Positions 7,434-18,136 are shown, counted from the first letter of the stretch. The stretch is 64,000 nucleotides of DNA from Candidatus Yanofskybacteria bacterium RIFCSPLOWO2_01_FULL_39_28 (GCA_001794635.1 MGKE01000006.1:7100-71099), one strand, 5' to 3'. The notes: generated from the letters alone by a model not told the origin. Translations and numbers: made by a program.

Positions 7434-8972
7434 TTAATTTGAAGTCTCTATTTTAGACATTAATTCTTTATGTTTTTCAAGAAGTTCTTTTTTTATAGTT
7501 TTAGTATTTATTATTTCGGCATAAGTAAGAACGCTCGGTCTTAATTTTCTTTCCAGATTATTATTTCGATCAATTTCTATTAGACCCATTTGAGAAAAAA
7601 ATCCATCCCATTCCCATGTATCTGCAAGAGTCCAATACTGATAACCGACAACATTAGCACCATCTTTCATAGCATCATGAATCGCTTTAAGGTGAATAAC
7701 GATAAATTCTTCTCGGAACTTATCGTCAGAATCTTGAATCCCATTCTCAGTAACTACTATTGGTAAGTCGAGATTTTTGAATTTTTTAATCAAGTCATAT
7801 AATCCTTTAGGATAAAATTCTTTTGGCCGATGATTAAGTCTATTCTGTTGAAGTGAAACCCACTCTACGACAAAAGGTCTTTTTGCATCTAGCCAGGGCA
7901 GGACATTATAGGCTAAAGAAATATGAAATTTAAGAAGTGTCCGGCCGTAATAATTAAGACCGATAAAATCCCTATCGGAAGTGCCAAGAGTAAAATCAAA
8001 CATCAAAACGCCAATAAAATTAAACATATTGACACTTAATTGGTCCAGTGGAGATTCAGCATCATTCGGATAAAAAACACCTGGCACAGAAGCAAGGCCA
8101 ACCATAATTTTATTTTTACCAACATGGCCATCCATGGCTTCATGTATGCTTCTATAAGACAATCTATGCGCCTCCATAAGATTATTTATAACCAAAGCGA
8201 GGCGTTGTGTTCCTTCTGTGTCTTGAAGATTATCTATTGTCTTATAGGGTGGCCAGGCCCCTTTAATATACGACTGACCTAGAATTACCTGAGGTTCATT
8301 GAATGTAAGCCACCACTTTATTTTTAGTGGTTTACCGATGGTTTCAGCAACCACTTTAGCATATCGAGCATAGTAAGATTTGAATTCTTTACTTTCATAT
8401 CCGCCTTTTTCAACAACCCAAAGAGGTAAGGCAAAGTGATTTAAACATATCATCGGCTCTATTCCTTTTGTTTTCATATAGCCAAAGATTTCCTTATATT
8501 TTTCTATTGCATTTTTATCCCAACGGCCTTCTTCGGGTTCTATTCTAGACCATTCAAGAGATAGCCGATGGACTTGGATACCAATTTCTCCAGCTAAATC
8601 AAAATCTTCCTTATAACGATTCAGAAAATCTGTTCCTATACCCGGACCCACAAGAGGTGGATTAAAGGTTTGTATATAATTATTCCAGTCGGTTAAACCA
8701 TTACCGCCAGTAGTTTGGAAATCAGATGAAGCTGTTCCAAAAAAGAAATTTTCTGGAAAAATAATATCTTCAAATTTTTCATTTATATAAGTAACTTCCT
8801 TATTTTGTGCTTGATCTTGAGGTGGTGACGGATTGTTTTTGGGGGACGGGATATTTTTATTAAAATATCCCGCTTGAGATGAAAAAAACAAGAATATTCC
8901 AAAAACAATTGGAACAATCAAAATTCTAAGCAAGACCAGATATAAGAGTTTCTTGCCCCTCTCTTTTTTCAT
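7434..8972 (-). CDS. GH1 beta-glucosidase with N-terminal membrane anchor
   Basis: Family 1 glycoside hydrolase signatures LTFNEP (acid/base Glu) and VTENG (nucleophile Glu). N-terminal TM helix. Confidence 0.85.
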   Translation of the reverse strand: MKKERGKKLLYLVLLRILIVPIVFGIFLFFSSQAGYFNKNIPSPKNNPSPPQDQAQNKEVTYINEKFEDIIFPENFFFGTASSDFQTTGGNGLTDWNNYIQTFNPPLVGPGIGTDFLNRYKEDFDLAGEIGIQVHRLSLEWSRIEPEEGRWDKNAIEKYKEIFGYMKTKGIEPMICLNHFALPLWVVEKGGYESKEFKSYYARYAKVVAETIGKPLKIKWWLTFNEPQVILGQSYIKGAWPPYKTIDNLQDTEGTQRLALVINNLMEAHRLSYRSIHEAMDGHVGKNKIMVGLASVPGVFYPNDAESPLDQLSVNMFNFIGVLMFDFTLGTSDRDFIGLNYYGRTLLKFHISLAYNVLPWLDAKRPFVVEWVSLQQNRLNHRPKEFYPKGLYDLIKKFKNLDLPIVVTENGIQDSDDKFREEFIVIHLKAIHDAMKDGANVVGYQYWTLADTWEWDGFFSQMGLIEIDRNNNLERKLRPSVLTYAEIINTKTIKKELLEKHKELMSKIETSN

Positions 8973-8997
8973 GGTTACCCGCTGTTTTTAAAGTGCT

Positions 8998-9954
8998 TTA
9001 TTCCAGCGTTGAGTTAAGAAAATCCGGATGGCCATTGAGAAAAGCTTTGGCATCCATTTCTTTCCCACCCTCAAGCTGGATTTGCTTGAGTATTAAATAG
9101 CATTTTTGGGTAACAACGGCAATATCGTTGTTTAATTTAAAAACAGTCCCAGGATGTTCAACTTCCAAGTTCCTTGGAAGTTGAACATCCAAGTAATCGG
9201 TTTTAATAATATTTAAAATCTTGTTTTGCCAGATAGTCCATGTTCCCGGCTCTGGATTTAAAGCCCTGATTTGATTATATATTTCTTCGGCTGATTTGTT
9301 CCAATCTATTTTCCCATCTTCGCGGGTAATAATTTTTGTAAATGTCGCTTGGCTGTGGTCTTGTTCTCTGGGTTTTATTTCCTCATTTAAATACTTCGGT
9401 ATCGTTTCAATCAACAACTCGGCTCCAAGCCTGGCTAGTTCCTGCTCTGCTTGCGAGTAGTAAGTATTTGGTGGTAAGTAGTAAGATTTTGAAGATAAAA
9501 TAGAACCATGGTCAACTTCCTCGTCAATCTTCATAATAGTAACCCCTGTTTTGGTATCTCCATTGAGTATTGCTGTTTGAATAGGGGAGGGGCCTCGGTA
9601 TTTTGGTAGCAAGGACGGATGGATATTTATAAAGCCGTATTTGGGGAGTTCAATATATTGAGATGGAATTATTTTACCATAAGCGGCAATTAAGCAAATG
9701 TCAGAATTTAAATGTTTGAATTGTTTAAAAAATTCTTCATCTTTTTTCAGAGAATGGGGTTCAAAAACTTTGATATCATATTCAAGCGCAACTTTTTTAA
9801 CTGGACTAGGCAGAATTACCTTTGCTCGACCAACTGGCTTTTCCGGTTGAGTCACAACCGCTTCAATATGATAATCGAAATTTATCAAGCTTTTTAAAGC
9901 CGGGATGGCAAAGTCTGGAGTTCCGAAGAAAACAATTTTCAATTTATTTTTCAT
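8998..9954 (-). CDS. fmt: methionyl-tRNA formyltransferase
   Basis: KIVFFGTPDFA N-terminus and the HPSLLPKYRG motif. Overlaps def, as in the def-fmt operon. Confidence 0.9.
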   Translation of the reverse strand: MKNKLKIVFFGTPDFAIPALKSLINFDYHIEAVVTQPEKPVGRAKVILPSPVKKVALEYDIKVFEPHSLKKDEEFFKQFKHLNSDICLIAAYGKIIPSQYIELPKYGFINIHPSLLPKYRGPSPIQTAILNGDTKTGVTIMKIDEEVDHGSILSSKSYYLPPNTYYSQAEQELARLGAELLIETIPKYLNEEIKPREQDHSQATFTKIITREDGKIDWNKSAEEIYNQIRALNPEPGTWTIWQNKILNIIKTDYLDVQLPRNLEVEHPGTVFKLNNDIAVVTQKCYLILKQIQLEGGKEMDAKAFLNGHPDFLNSTLE

Positions 9955-10405
9955 CAGACCTGTTTTTAATCGTTAGCCCGTTTAGGTGGTCTGTCTCATG
10001 TTGTAACACTCTAGCTGCAAACCCTCTAACTTTTAACTTTATTTTCTCTCCGCTTTCGTTGATAAATTTAATTTTAATTTTCTTTGACCTTTTTATTGGA
10101 ATATAGAATTCGGGAATTGATAGGCATCCTTCTTCCATCTCGTCGTCATCTTTTGAGTATTCTGTTATTTCCGGGTTTATATAAACTTCGGAAATCTCGC
10201 TTTCTTTGGCAACCCTCTCATCAATTACAAAAACAGCCAGATCTTTTCCAATTTGATTAGCCGCTAGACCCACCCCTTGGTTTTCTTTCATGGCCTTTTT
10301 CATATCCAAAAAAAGCGAATTAAACTCGCCATTCTTTACTTTGCTTGGATTCACTATTTCCAACTTTTTAGCTAGTATTTTATCTGGTATTTTCGTAATT
10401 TCCAC
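9944..10405 (-). CDS. def: peptide deformylase
   Basis: Motifs GVGLAANQIG, EGCLS and HETDH. Confidence 0.9.
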   Translation of the reverse strand: MEITKIPDKILAKKLEIVNPSKVKNGEFNSLFLDMKKAMKENQGVGLAANQIGKDLAVFVIDERVAKESEISEVYINPEITEYSKDDDEMEEGCLSIPEFYIPIKRSKKIKIKFINESGEKIKLKVRGFAARVLQHETDHLNGLTIKNRSDEK

Positions 10406-10517
10406 TATTTTATATTAGGATATTTTTATGAGTATTTCAATTCAATTCAATTGCCAACATTAATCAAGTATGGTATAAATTATTTAATCTTTAATCTTTA
10501 ACAATGTGGTATAAATT

Positions 10518-11522
10518 ATGCGAGAAATAAGAATTGCTGGAGCGGGTCCTTCGGGACTTGCGGCGGCTATAGTTTTAGCCCGAAACGGAGCAAATGTTTC
10601 TGTTTTTGAACAAAATTCTTGTGTTGGACGGAGATTTAACGGAGATTTTCAGGGGATAGAAAATTGGACATCAGATGACGACTTTCTGGAGAGAATTAGT
10701 TCACTCGGTTTAGAAACAAGTTTTAGATATATTCCTTTTCATAACTTTACTTTCTATGACGAAGTCTCTAGGCCAACTCTTGTAAAGTCAGAACAACCCA
10801 TCGTTTATTTGATAAAGAGAGGAAAAAGTTCAGACACATTAGATAGCGGGTTACTGAAACAAGCACTAGCTGTAGGAGTACAAGTTAAATTTAATGAAAA
10901 GCTCTCTTTTGGTGAAGCCGATATTATTGCTACAGGCCCCCAAGGAAAACCAGACGGTATTGCAAAAGGTATCACTTTTGACACAAATTATCCTGAATTT
11001 GGATGCGCAACACTTAATCAGCGTTTATCGCCTGGCGGATATACCTATTTTCTTTCGTCTGGAGGTTCTGTTACTTTGGCAACAGTTCTTTTAAGAGATT
11101 TCCCTAGAGCATCGGAATGCTTGAGAGAAACCATTAAGGAATACGAAAAACTTCTGGGTATTAAAATTCCAAATAAAGTCAGAGTTTGGGGTGGAAGAGG
11201 TAATTTCTCTACCCTTTCTACGGGTATTCGACTTGGTAAGTTGTTGGTAGGTGAAGCTGCTGGATTTCAAGATAAACTTTTTGGTTTTGGAATCAGATTT
11301 GCTCTTATTTCCGGAATTTTAGCCGCCACAAGTTTTATAGAAATAAAAAATTACGATGATTTATGGAAGCCGGAGTTTATGCGTTTAATGAAAGTTTCTA
11401 GGGCAAATCGTTTTATATTCGCTAACTTTTCTATTTCAAGACAATTATGTTGTCAAGTTCTTGGCAAATCAAAAGATCCAAGAAGAACACTTAGGACTCT
11501 TTATTCTTGGCAAAGGATTTAA
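10518..11522 (+). CDS. FAD-dependent oxidoreductase (geranylgeranyl-reductase-like)
   Basis: N-terminal dinucleotide-binding motif IAGAGPSGLAAA..FEQ; 334 aa. Confidence 0.65.
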   Translation: MREIRIAGAGPSGLAAAIVLARNGANVSVFEQNSCVGRRFNGDFQGIENWTSDDDFLERISSLGLETSFRYIPFHNFTFYDEVSRPTLVKSEQPIVYLIKRGKSSDTLDSGLLKQALAVGVQVKFNEKLSFGEADIIATGPQGKPDGIAKGITFDTNYPEFGCATLNQRLSPGGYTYFLSSGGSVTLATVLLRDFPRASECLRETIKEYEKLLGIKIPNKVRVWGGRGNFSTLSTGIRLGKLLVGEAAGFQDKLFGFGIRFALISGILAATSFIEIKNYDDLWKPEFMRLMKVSRANRFIFANFSISRQLCCQVLGKSKDPRRTLRTLYSWQRI

Positions 11523-11525
11523 TTC

Positions 11526-11546
11526 AAGGGCTTTTGCCCTTTTTGT
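11526..11546. terminator. bidirectional terminator
   Basis: AAGGGC-TTTT-GCCCTT followed by TTTTGTTT, between convergent genes. Confidence 0.6.
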
Positions 11547-13460
11547 TTACAATATTGACTTTGGTTCCACATCAATCATCCAGTTTGACGGAATAAACTT
11601 GAGGATGTCGCTGATTTTAAAATCAGACATAATTTTTAATATAATATTATAAACATAGAATCCTCTCTGTTTTTCTATGAACGCCGGCGAAGGGTCCATT
11701 AATTTGACGCTATTTTCAAACTTCATCTGAAGAATAGCCATTTTTAATTTCTCACTTAAAATCCTGGCTTCGTATTCGGACTTATTTCTATCTGGCGAAG
11801 CGAAGGATAATTTAATAAGTTTAGCAAAAGGCGGATACCAGAATAATTTTCTGACTTTAAGTTCGTTTTCGTATAGTTTTTCGTAATTGCCTGAAATTAT
11901 TGTTTCAAGAATTTGATTTTTAGTGTGTAAAGTCTGAATAATTATTTTTTGAGGTTTAAAATCCAGTAATTTTTCTATCTGTAAAAATAAAGTTTCTTCA
12001 GCTTTAAAATCAGGAACAGTAACCAGACTGTCTAAGTTCGGGATTCCAACAAGGTCAAAATTAAGGTTAAAACGTTGACCGAATATAGACTGAGTACCGA
12101 TACAGACAAAAGACTCCAGGTCTCTCATTCTGGCCTCAAACTCCTCTTCTTGTTTAATGTTTTTTATTACATAGGAGTCAAAGGTTACAACTTCAGTATT
12201 TGGGAACATAAAATTTAGCTCATCTTTTATCTTCTCGCTTCCGGCAAATCCAGCCGATTTTAATTTGTAGCTGTTACAATTCGGGCAATGATCCGGAATC
12301 TTTTGTATTAGTGAGCATCGGTAGCATATTAGGGAGTCGGCCGGTGACACATGAAGACGCAAGGGTACAGAACATTGAGGGCATTTGAAGATAAAGCGAC
12401 AGTTTTCGCATATTAGCGAAGTGGAGTAACCTTTTCTGGTTGAAAAAATTAGAACCTTCTTTTTTTCTTTTAGGTACTTGTCAATGCTATTTTTAAGTTC
12501 TCGGCTGAAAATAGAGGAGTTACCGCTGCTTATATCGGATAGCATGTTTTCTATTTTAATCTCTGATCTTAAGTCGCGTATTTTATTTTCTAATTTCAGA
12601 GACTCGTTTTTTGAGAGAAGGTATTGGTCAACATCTGGCGCTTGGGAAACAAAAAGAAGCTTGGCCGAATAAATCTTAGCTATTTTTTTAACGAGAGAGA
12701 CCGTATTATATTTCGGTGACATGTCAGATTTATATGCCTCATTACTCGGATCCTCAACGATAATTAAACCTAAGTTGGTAAATGGAGCAAAAAGAGCTTG
12801 GCGGGTGCCGATTATTATTTCTGCATCACCAGAGTTAATTTTGTCCCACGACTGGCGATATTGTTTTTGGTTTATCTTGCTGTGAATTATTACTGTTTCA
12901 TGGTGTTGAGAAAGATGGTTATAGAAATACTTTGCGATAGATATTTCTGGAACAACTAATAAAATTTGTTTTTTGTCTCTTAATGTTTTTTTGATTTCAG
13001 ACGTTATGTTTTTAATAATATTCTTAGCTCTCGATAATAATAGTTTAGAATTTTGAATTTCCTGACCGGACAGGTGGAATTTTGATTTTTCTAAATTCAA
13101 CATTCTAGGTTCCAAATTCTGTTTTAAGAAGAATGGCGGTAAAACTGTTTTTAAACACATGCCAAGAGGGGAAAAATAATTCTGAGACAACCAAAGAGCT
13201 ATTTTGAATTGTGTTTCTGATACTAAAGGAGTTTCGCTGACAATGCTAGAGATTTTTTTAAGCTGGAAAGACGACTTTTTTAATAATATTTTTTGATTTT
13301 CTGCCGGTTCAGAAGAAATGACAACGGCTAAAACTTTTCTGTTTCCTATGACCACCTCAACGATGGCGCCTTTAGGCAGTTCTTTAGAGAAAAAATAACT
13401 CAATAATTGAGGAACTTGAGGTGGGAGATTTGCAATGGGGATAACTTCTAGTATATACAT
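11547..13460 (-). CDS. priA: primosomal protein N' (replication restart helicase)
   Basis: Helicase core plus a Cys-rich zinc-binding insertion (CENC..CPQC..CYRC..CPNC); 637 aa. Confidence 0.85.
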   Translation of the reverse strand: MYILEVIPIANLPPQVPQLLSYFFSKELPKGAIVEVVIGNRKVLAVVISSEPAENQKILLKKSSFQLKKISSIVSETPLVSETQFKIALWLSQNYFSPLGMCLKTVLPPFFLKQNLEPRMLNLEKSKFHLSGQEIQNSKLLLSRAKNIIKNITSEIKKTLRDKKQILLVVPEISIAKYFYNHLSQHHETVIIHSKINQKQYRQSWDKINSGDAEIIIGTRQALFAPFTNLGLIIVEDPSNEAYKSDMSPKYNTVSLVKKIAKIYSAKLLFVSQAPDVDQYLLSKNESLKLENKIRDLRSEIKIENMLSDISSGNSSIFSRELKNSIDKYLKEKKKVLIFSTRKGYSTSLICENCRFIFKCPQCSVPLRLHVSPADSLICYRCSLIQKIPDHCPNCNSYKLKSAGFAGSEKIKDELNFMFPNTEVVTFDSYVIKNIKQEEEFEARMRDLESFVCIGTQSIFGQRFNLNFDLVGIPNLDSLVTVPDFKAEETLFLQIEKLLDFKPQKIIIQTLHTKNQILETIISGNYEKLYENELKVRKLFWYPPFAKLIKLSFASPDRNKSEYEARILSEKLKMAILQMKFENSVKLMDPSPAFIEKQRGFYVYNIILKIMSDFKISDILKFIPSNWMIDVEPKSIL

Positions 13461-13494
13461 CTTTAAATTAATTCTATACCTTAAACAGATAAGC

Positions 13495-13555
13495 TAGAAC
13501 TTGACCTCGTAAATAAATTATTGTTTAAAAATAATTTCCACGGGGTCAAGTTCTA
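13495..13555. repeat. 61-nt near-perfect hairpin in the priA-gltX divergent region
   Basis: TAGAACTTGACC (13495-13506) pairs with GGTCAAGTTCTA (13544-13555). The inner AT-rich arms are also complementary. Confidence 0.6.
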
Positions 13556-13586
13556 ATTTCTAATTAACACATCAGAAGCAGTAATC

Positions 13587-13629
13587 CCCCGCCTTTTTAC
13601 ACGATGTTTGTGGAAAAGGCGGGGTTTTT
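13587..13629 (+). terminator. terminator-like hairpin in the gltX leader (possible attenuator)
   Basis: CCCCGCCTTTT (13587-13597) pairs with AAAAGGCGGGG (13614-13624), followed by TTTTT. It lies about 55 nt upstream of the gltX ATG. Confidence 0.45.
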
Positions 13630-13682
13630 CGTGTTTTACGATGGGGTTTTGAGATTAACTTTAAATCTGTTAAAATTTAATA

Positions 13683-15029
13683 ATGAAAATCAAGGTTAGA
13701 TTTCCACCTTCGCCTACGGGTAATCTACATGTTGGGACAACCCGAACGATGATTTATAATTGGCTGTTTGCCAAGCAAAACAAAGGCGAAATTGTAATGC
13801 GTCTGGAAGATACGGACACAGAACGTTCAAACAAAGAATTTGAGGCGGATATAATGAATTCCTTAAAATGGTTAGGCCTTGATTGGGACGGTCCAGTTTA
13901 TCGCCAAAGTGAAAGAACTAAACTATATCGTAAATACCTGGAAGAATTCTTAGTAAATAAAAAGGCCTTTTGGTGTAACCATTCTAAAGAAGAACTTGAA
14001 GTTGAAAATAAAAATCAAATTGAAGCTAAAGAACCTCCGCGACATGTTTGTAGCCACAAACAAGATAATTTAGAAACCGGAGTGGTAATAAGGGTATCCG
14101 TTGATTCAAATTCTGACAGAACAATATCATTTAACGATAGGGTTAAAGGTAAGATTGAGTTCAAGGAATCTCTTCTTGGTGATTTTGCCATTGCTCGTAA
14201 TTTGGATTCGGCGCTTTATCATTTTGCGGTTGTCATTGACGATATTGATATGGAAATTAGCCACATAATTCGCGGTGATGATCACATTTCAAACACACCC
14301 AAGCACATTTTAATTTATGAGGCTCTAGATAAACCTTTACCAATTTTTGCTCATATTCCATTGGTTCTTGGAACTGACCGTTCTAAACTTTCAAAACGAC
14401 ATGGAGCCACGGCAGTCAGTGCCTACAAAAACGATTATTTGCCAGAAGCTTTGTTTAATTTTTTGGGATTTTTAGGTTATACATTCAGTAAAGACATAAT
14501 TTCTAAGGAAGAAATGGTAGCAGAGTTTGAACTGGAAAAAGTTCACCAATCCGGAGCAGTTTTTGATATAAAAAAGTTAGATTGGATAAATTCGCAATAT
14601 ATTAAAAAGTTGCCTCCCGAAGAGTTTAAAAAACTAGCCAATGTTCCTGAACTACCAGATGAAGCTGTGCTGATTGTGACCGAAAGGTTGGAAAAATTAA
14701 GTGATATTCAAAATTTTAATTATTTATGGGAAAAGCCAAAATATGAAAAGGACGTGCTTCAATGGAAGGAGATGAAACCAGAAGAAATTCAAAACTCACT
14801 TTTGCAATCATCTTTCTGTGCTGGCGTTGAAATAAAAAAACTAGGGTCAAAGCTTGATGAAATAGCTAAAGATAATTTCGGAGGCGATAGGGGAGCGGTA
14901 TACTGGCCACTTAGAGTAGCTCTTTCCGGAAAGAAAAAATCACCAGACCCTATTGAAATTATTAAAATTTTAGGGCCAAAAGAAACCAAGGAAAGAATAA
15001 ATGAAGCAAAGAAAAAATTGGAATCATAA
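13683..15029 (+). CDS. gltX: glutamyl-tRNA synthetase
   Basis: Class I motifs PSPTGNLHVG (HIGH) and KLSKR (KMSKS); 448 aa. Confidence 0.9.
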   Translation: MKIKVRFPPSPTGNLHVGTTRTMIYNWLFAKQNKGEIVMRLEDTDTERSNKEFEADIMNSLKWLGLDWDGPVYRQSERTKLYRKYLEEFLVNKKAFWCNHSKEELEVENKNQIEAKEPPRHVCSHKQDNLETGVVIRVSVDSNSDRTISFNDRVKGKIEFKESLLGDFAIARNLDSALYHFAVVIDDIDMEISHIIRGDDHISNTPKHILIYEALDKPLPIFAHIPLVLGTDRSKLSKRHGATAVSAYKNDYLPEALFNFLGFLGYTFSKDIISKEEMVAEFELEKVHQSGAVFDIKKLDWINSQYIKKLPPEEFKKLANVPELPDEAVLIVTERLEKLSDIQNFNYLWEKPKYEKDVLQWKEMKPEEIQNSLLQSSFCAGVEIKKLGSKLDEIAKDNFGGDRGAVYWPLRVALSGKKKSPDPIEIIKILGPKETKERINEAKKKLES

Positions 15030-16272
15030 AATCATTGTTTCTTTACTACTTACTACCAGCTACTTACTACTAGCTAATGTTTCCGATGCTCAAACTGATA
15101 GCGAGCGTATTGCCGAACTGCAGAAACAGATTGAAGCTCTTGAAAAAGAAGCTGATCTTTATCGGGGCAATATTGCCAGCGAACAGGCCAAAGCTAAATC
15201 TCTTCAGGGCGAAATCAGTATCCTTAATAATCAGATAAGTAAAATTCAGGCCCAAATTAACATAACTTCTAAAAATATAGACAAAACCAGAATTGAAATA
15301 CTCGGTCTTGATAGCGAGATTGTAGATACTCAAAAACGAATTGAATATAAAAAAGATACTATTGGACGCTTATTGTCAGAAGTTTATCGACAGGATAATG
15401 AAAATCTTTTATTAGTTTTGCTTAAAAATTTAAACATCTCTAATTTTTTCATTAAAACTCAAGCCCTAGCCAGCGTTAATACGAGCTTGCTTGGCTTGAT
15501 TGATGAGCTTCGTGGGGAAAAAGATATCTTAGAAACACAAAAATCTGGATCAGAAGTTAAAAAACAAGAACTTGAGGATTTCAACTACAAGCAAAAACTT
15601 CAAAACAACTCCTTAACTCAAACTAAGACTGGCAAAAACCAGCTATTGACCCAGACCAAAGGCCAAGAAGCTCAATATCAGGCGATGTTGGCTGAAGTTG
15701 AAAGAAGGAAATCGTTATTCTTTACCGAGTTAAAAGAAATAGAAACAAAAGTTATCCAGGGCGGTCTTTATCTTCTTCATGTCAAAGCAGAAAACATTCC
15801 TCCTAAAAAAACAAAATTATTTCAATGGCCCGAGGACGATTATAGAATTACTCAAGGCTATGGTTGCACGGCTTATGCCAGATGTAATAGATCCAGAGGA
15901 CCATATGGCGGAGCGCCTCATAATGGTCTAGATATGGCTTCTGGTTATGCCAGTCCGATTAAATCAATAGGGGATGGGGAAATAATCGCCAATGGCAAAA
16001 ACGACGGTTGGGGTAATTGGGTGGCTATTAAACATCCTCCGTATAACCTGGTTAGCCTATATGGCCATATGAGTGCCTTTGAGTTTCTGCAAGTCGGGAC
16101 ACAGGTTAGAGCCGGCCAGATTATCGGCTACGAAGGAGCCACCGGTAATGCCACCGGTTCTCATGTCCATTTAAGTTTATATAAAGAATTTTTTACTTAT
16201 GTTAAAGAAAAAAACGGACAATTATATTTCAACTATTTTGATGGTTCAATTAATCCTTTGGATTATCTTTAA
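15001..16272 (+). CDS. M23 peptidoglycan endopeptidase with coiled-coil N-terminal region
   Basis: Signal/anchor, long coiled coil, and C-terminal M23 motifs HNGLDMA and GSHVHL. Overlaps the gltX end by 29 nt. Confidence 0.8.
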   Translation: MKQRKNWNHKIIVSLLLTTSYLLLANVSDAQTDSERIAELQKQIEALEKEADLYRGNIASEQAKAKSLQGEISILNNQISKIQAQINITSKNIDKTRIEILGLDSEIVDTQKRIEYKKDTIGRLLSEVYRQDNENLLLVLLKNLNISNFFIKTQALASVNTSLLGLIDELRGEKDILETQKSGSEVKKQELEDFNYKQKLQNNSLTQTKTGKNQLLTQTKGQEAQYQAMLAEVERRKSLFFTELKEIETKVIQGGLYLLHVKAENIPPKKTKLFQWPEDDYRITQGYGCTAYARCNRSRGPYGGAPHNGLDMASGYASPIKSIGDGEIIANGKNDGWGNWVAIKHPPYNLVSLYGHMSAFEFLQVGTQVRAGQIIGYEGATGNATGSHVHLSLYKEFFTYVKEKNGQLYFNYFDGSINPLDYL

Positions 16273-16290
16273 TATTTTAAAATTAAACTA

Positions 16291-17535
16291 ATGACTAAAG
16301 TTTTAATTCTCGGCGGCGGTTTCGGAGGTGTTCGTTGCGCCTTGGATCTTAATAAAAAATTAGGCAGAGAATCAGAAATAACCGTAGTTGATAAGAACGG
16401 TTACCATCTTTTCATCCCTGCTTTATATGAAGTTGCTTCAGCATACGGTTTAAAAAGAGATCCTTTTGCAGTTCAACTTCGTCGGACAATTTGTATGCCC
16501 TATGCTGACATCTTTAGCAAAACAAATGTCAATTTTGTTCAAGCAGAAATTTCAGAAATAAATCTAGTTGAAAATAAAGTCAAAACAGAGGGAAACATGA
16601 TTCTGGGCTATGATTATCTGGTTATTGCTTTGGGTAGTGAAACTGCTGATTATGGTATTCCGGGGGTTAAAGAATATGCCCATCAGTTTAAAACACTAGA
16701 AGGAGCTCTTTTTATAAATAAAAAACTGGAAGAAATGTCTCAACAATTTTTGGAAGGAGAAAGAACTGAACTATTCTCATTTCTTGTGTGTGGCGGCGGG
16801 TTTACCGGTATAGAGTTGGCGGCAGAGCTAGGATGCTGTACCAAAGTAATAAGAGAAGAATGTAAAATTAGGGGACGATGTTCAAATATAACTCTATTTG
16901 AAGCCGGTCCCAAAATACTCCCCGCAATTTCCGAAAAAGAAAGGAGGTTAATAAAAAACCGCTTAACTAAACTTGGAATAATTTTGATGGAAAATTCTCC
17001 GATTGAAGAAATTGGTTCTGATTTTGTGAAACTTAAAACCAGCCAAAGCGTAAAAGGGGACTTAATAGTTTGGACGGCGGGGATCAAGCCAGTTGAGTTT
17101 TTAAAATCAATTCACGGCTTACCAACAGGTAATACCGGTAGAATAAAAGTTGATAATTTTCTTAAAGTTGAAGGACACGAAAACGTCTATGCGATAGGGG
17201 ACGCTATTGAGTTTAACGACCCCAAAAACCAGAAACCAATTCCGGCCTTTGCTTATGTTTCTGTTGATCAAGGTAAAATAGCCGCCCAAAATATTTACAA
17301 CTCCATTAAAAATAAAAAATTAAGACAATATGATCCTTTTCATAATGTTTGGATAATACCGATAGGTGGTAAATTTGCTTTGGCTCATCTTGGAGGAGGG
17401 GTTTTAATTAAAGGATTTTTTGGATGGATAATCAGAGAACTGGTGGACTTAAAATATTTGTTATCAATTTTTTCACTTAATAAAGCTTTGGATATATTTT
17501 TTAATGACATAACCATTTTCTCTAAAAATGATTAG
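16291..17535 (+). CDS. type II NADH dehydrogenase-like FAD/NAD(P) oxidoreductase
   Basis: Two dinucleotide-binding motifs (ILGGGFGG, VCGGGFTGIE) and the GD motif AIGDA. Confidence 0.75.
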   Translation: MTKVLILGGGFGGVRCALDLNKKLGRESEITVVDKNGYHLFIPALYEVASAYGLKRDPFAVQLRRTICMPYADIFSKTNVNFVQAEISEINLVENKVKTEGNMILGYDYLVIALGSETADYGIPGVKEYAHQFKTLEGALFINKKLEEMSQQFLEGERTELFSFLVCGGGFTGIELAAELGCCTKVIREECKIRGRCSNITLFEAGPKILPAISEKERRLIKNRLTKLGIILMENSPIEEIGSDFVKLKTSQSVKGDLIVWTAGIKPVEFLKSIHGLPTGNTGRIKVDNFLKVEGHENVYAIGDAIEFNDPKNQKPIPAFAYVSVDQGKIAAQNIYNSIKNKKLRQYDPFHNVWIIPIGGKFALAHLGGGVLIKGFFGWIIRELVDLKYLLSIFSLNKALDIFFNDITIFSKND

Positions 17536-17571
17536 AACACATATTGTCAATATTTGTCAAGGTTATGCGAC

Positions 17572-18078
17572 ATGGCAGGGAAGTGGTATAATAGAAGCAT
17601 CGCATTCATAATAACAAATAAAACCGTTATTTTAGCAGCAATACTTGTCGGACTTGTGTTTCCGTATGTGTCTACTATTGCTCAAACTCAACCTGTCCGG
17701 TCAGGAGATTCAATCCAAAATCCAGTAAATCCATTAATAACGCCAAATATTCAAAACGTTACTAATAGTTTAACAGAAATCAACCAATTGGAAATTATAA
17801 ACGAAGTCACAAAACCACTGAATGATATTATCGGTAACTTTTTAAAAGGTGGCCAGGGTTCTGTTATTCCAAGCATCAAATCCGGCCTGGAAGGCCTTGG
17901 GCAAGGTCAAAACCCTTCAAGCTATCTAACTGGTTCAAATTTACCAAACACCACCATGTCTATAGGAGAAATAATAAGCAAATCAAAAGAAGCTTTTATC
18001 CTGATTGCTCAAATACTCATTGCCGTACTAGAAACGGCGCTATGGGCGCTGAAGAGTATTCTGGGGTTTATAACCTAG
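17572..18078 (+). CDS. hypothetical membrane/secreted protein
   Basis: ATG at 17572 is preferred to the track's alternative start at 17554. N-terminal and C-terminal hydrophobic helices. No family recognised. Confidence 0.45.
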   Translation: MAGKWYNRSIAFIITNKTVILAAILVGLVFPYVSTIAQTQPVRSGDSIQNPVNPLITPNIQNVTNSLTEINQLEIINEVTKPLNDIIGNFLKGGQGSVIPSIKSGLEGLGQGQNPSSYLTGSNLPNTTMSIGEIISKSKEAFILIAQILIAVLETALWALKSILGFIT

Positions 18079-18136
18079 AAGCTTTCAGTTATTTACTAGG
18101 ACGCATAACCTACATTATCGGACGTTCTGGGTAAAA

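Noticed and set aside
17560-18111. 10-bp inverted repeat AGGTTATGCG / CGCATAACCT flanking the 17572-18078 ORF, as another cassette.
   Set aside because: It is only 10 bp and was chosen post hoc. There are no accompanying hairpin elements and no other copies. It is too weak to distinguish from chance.
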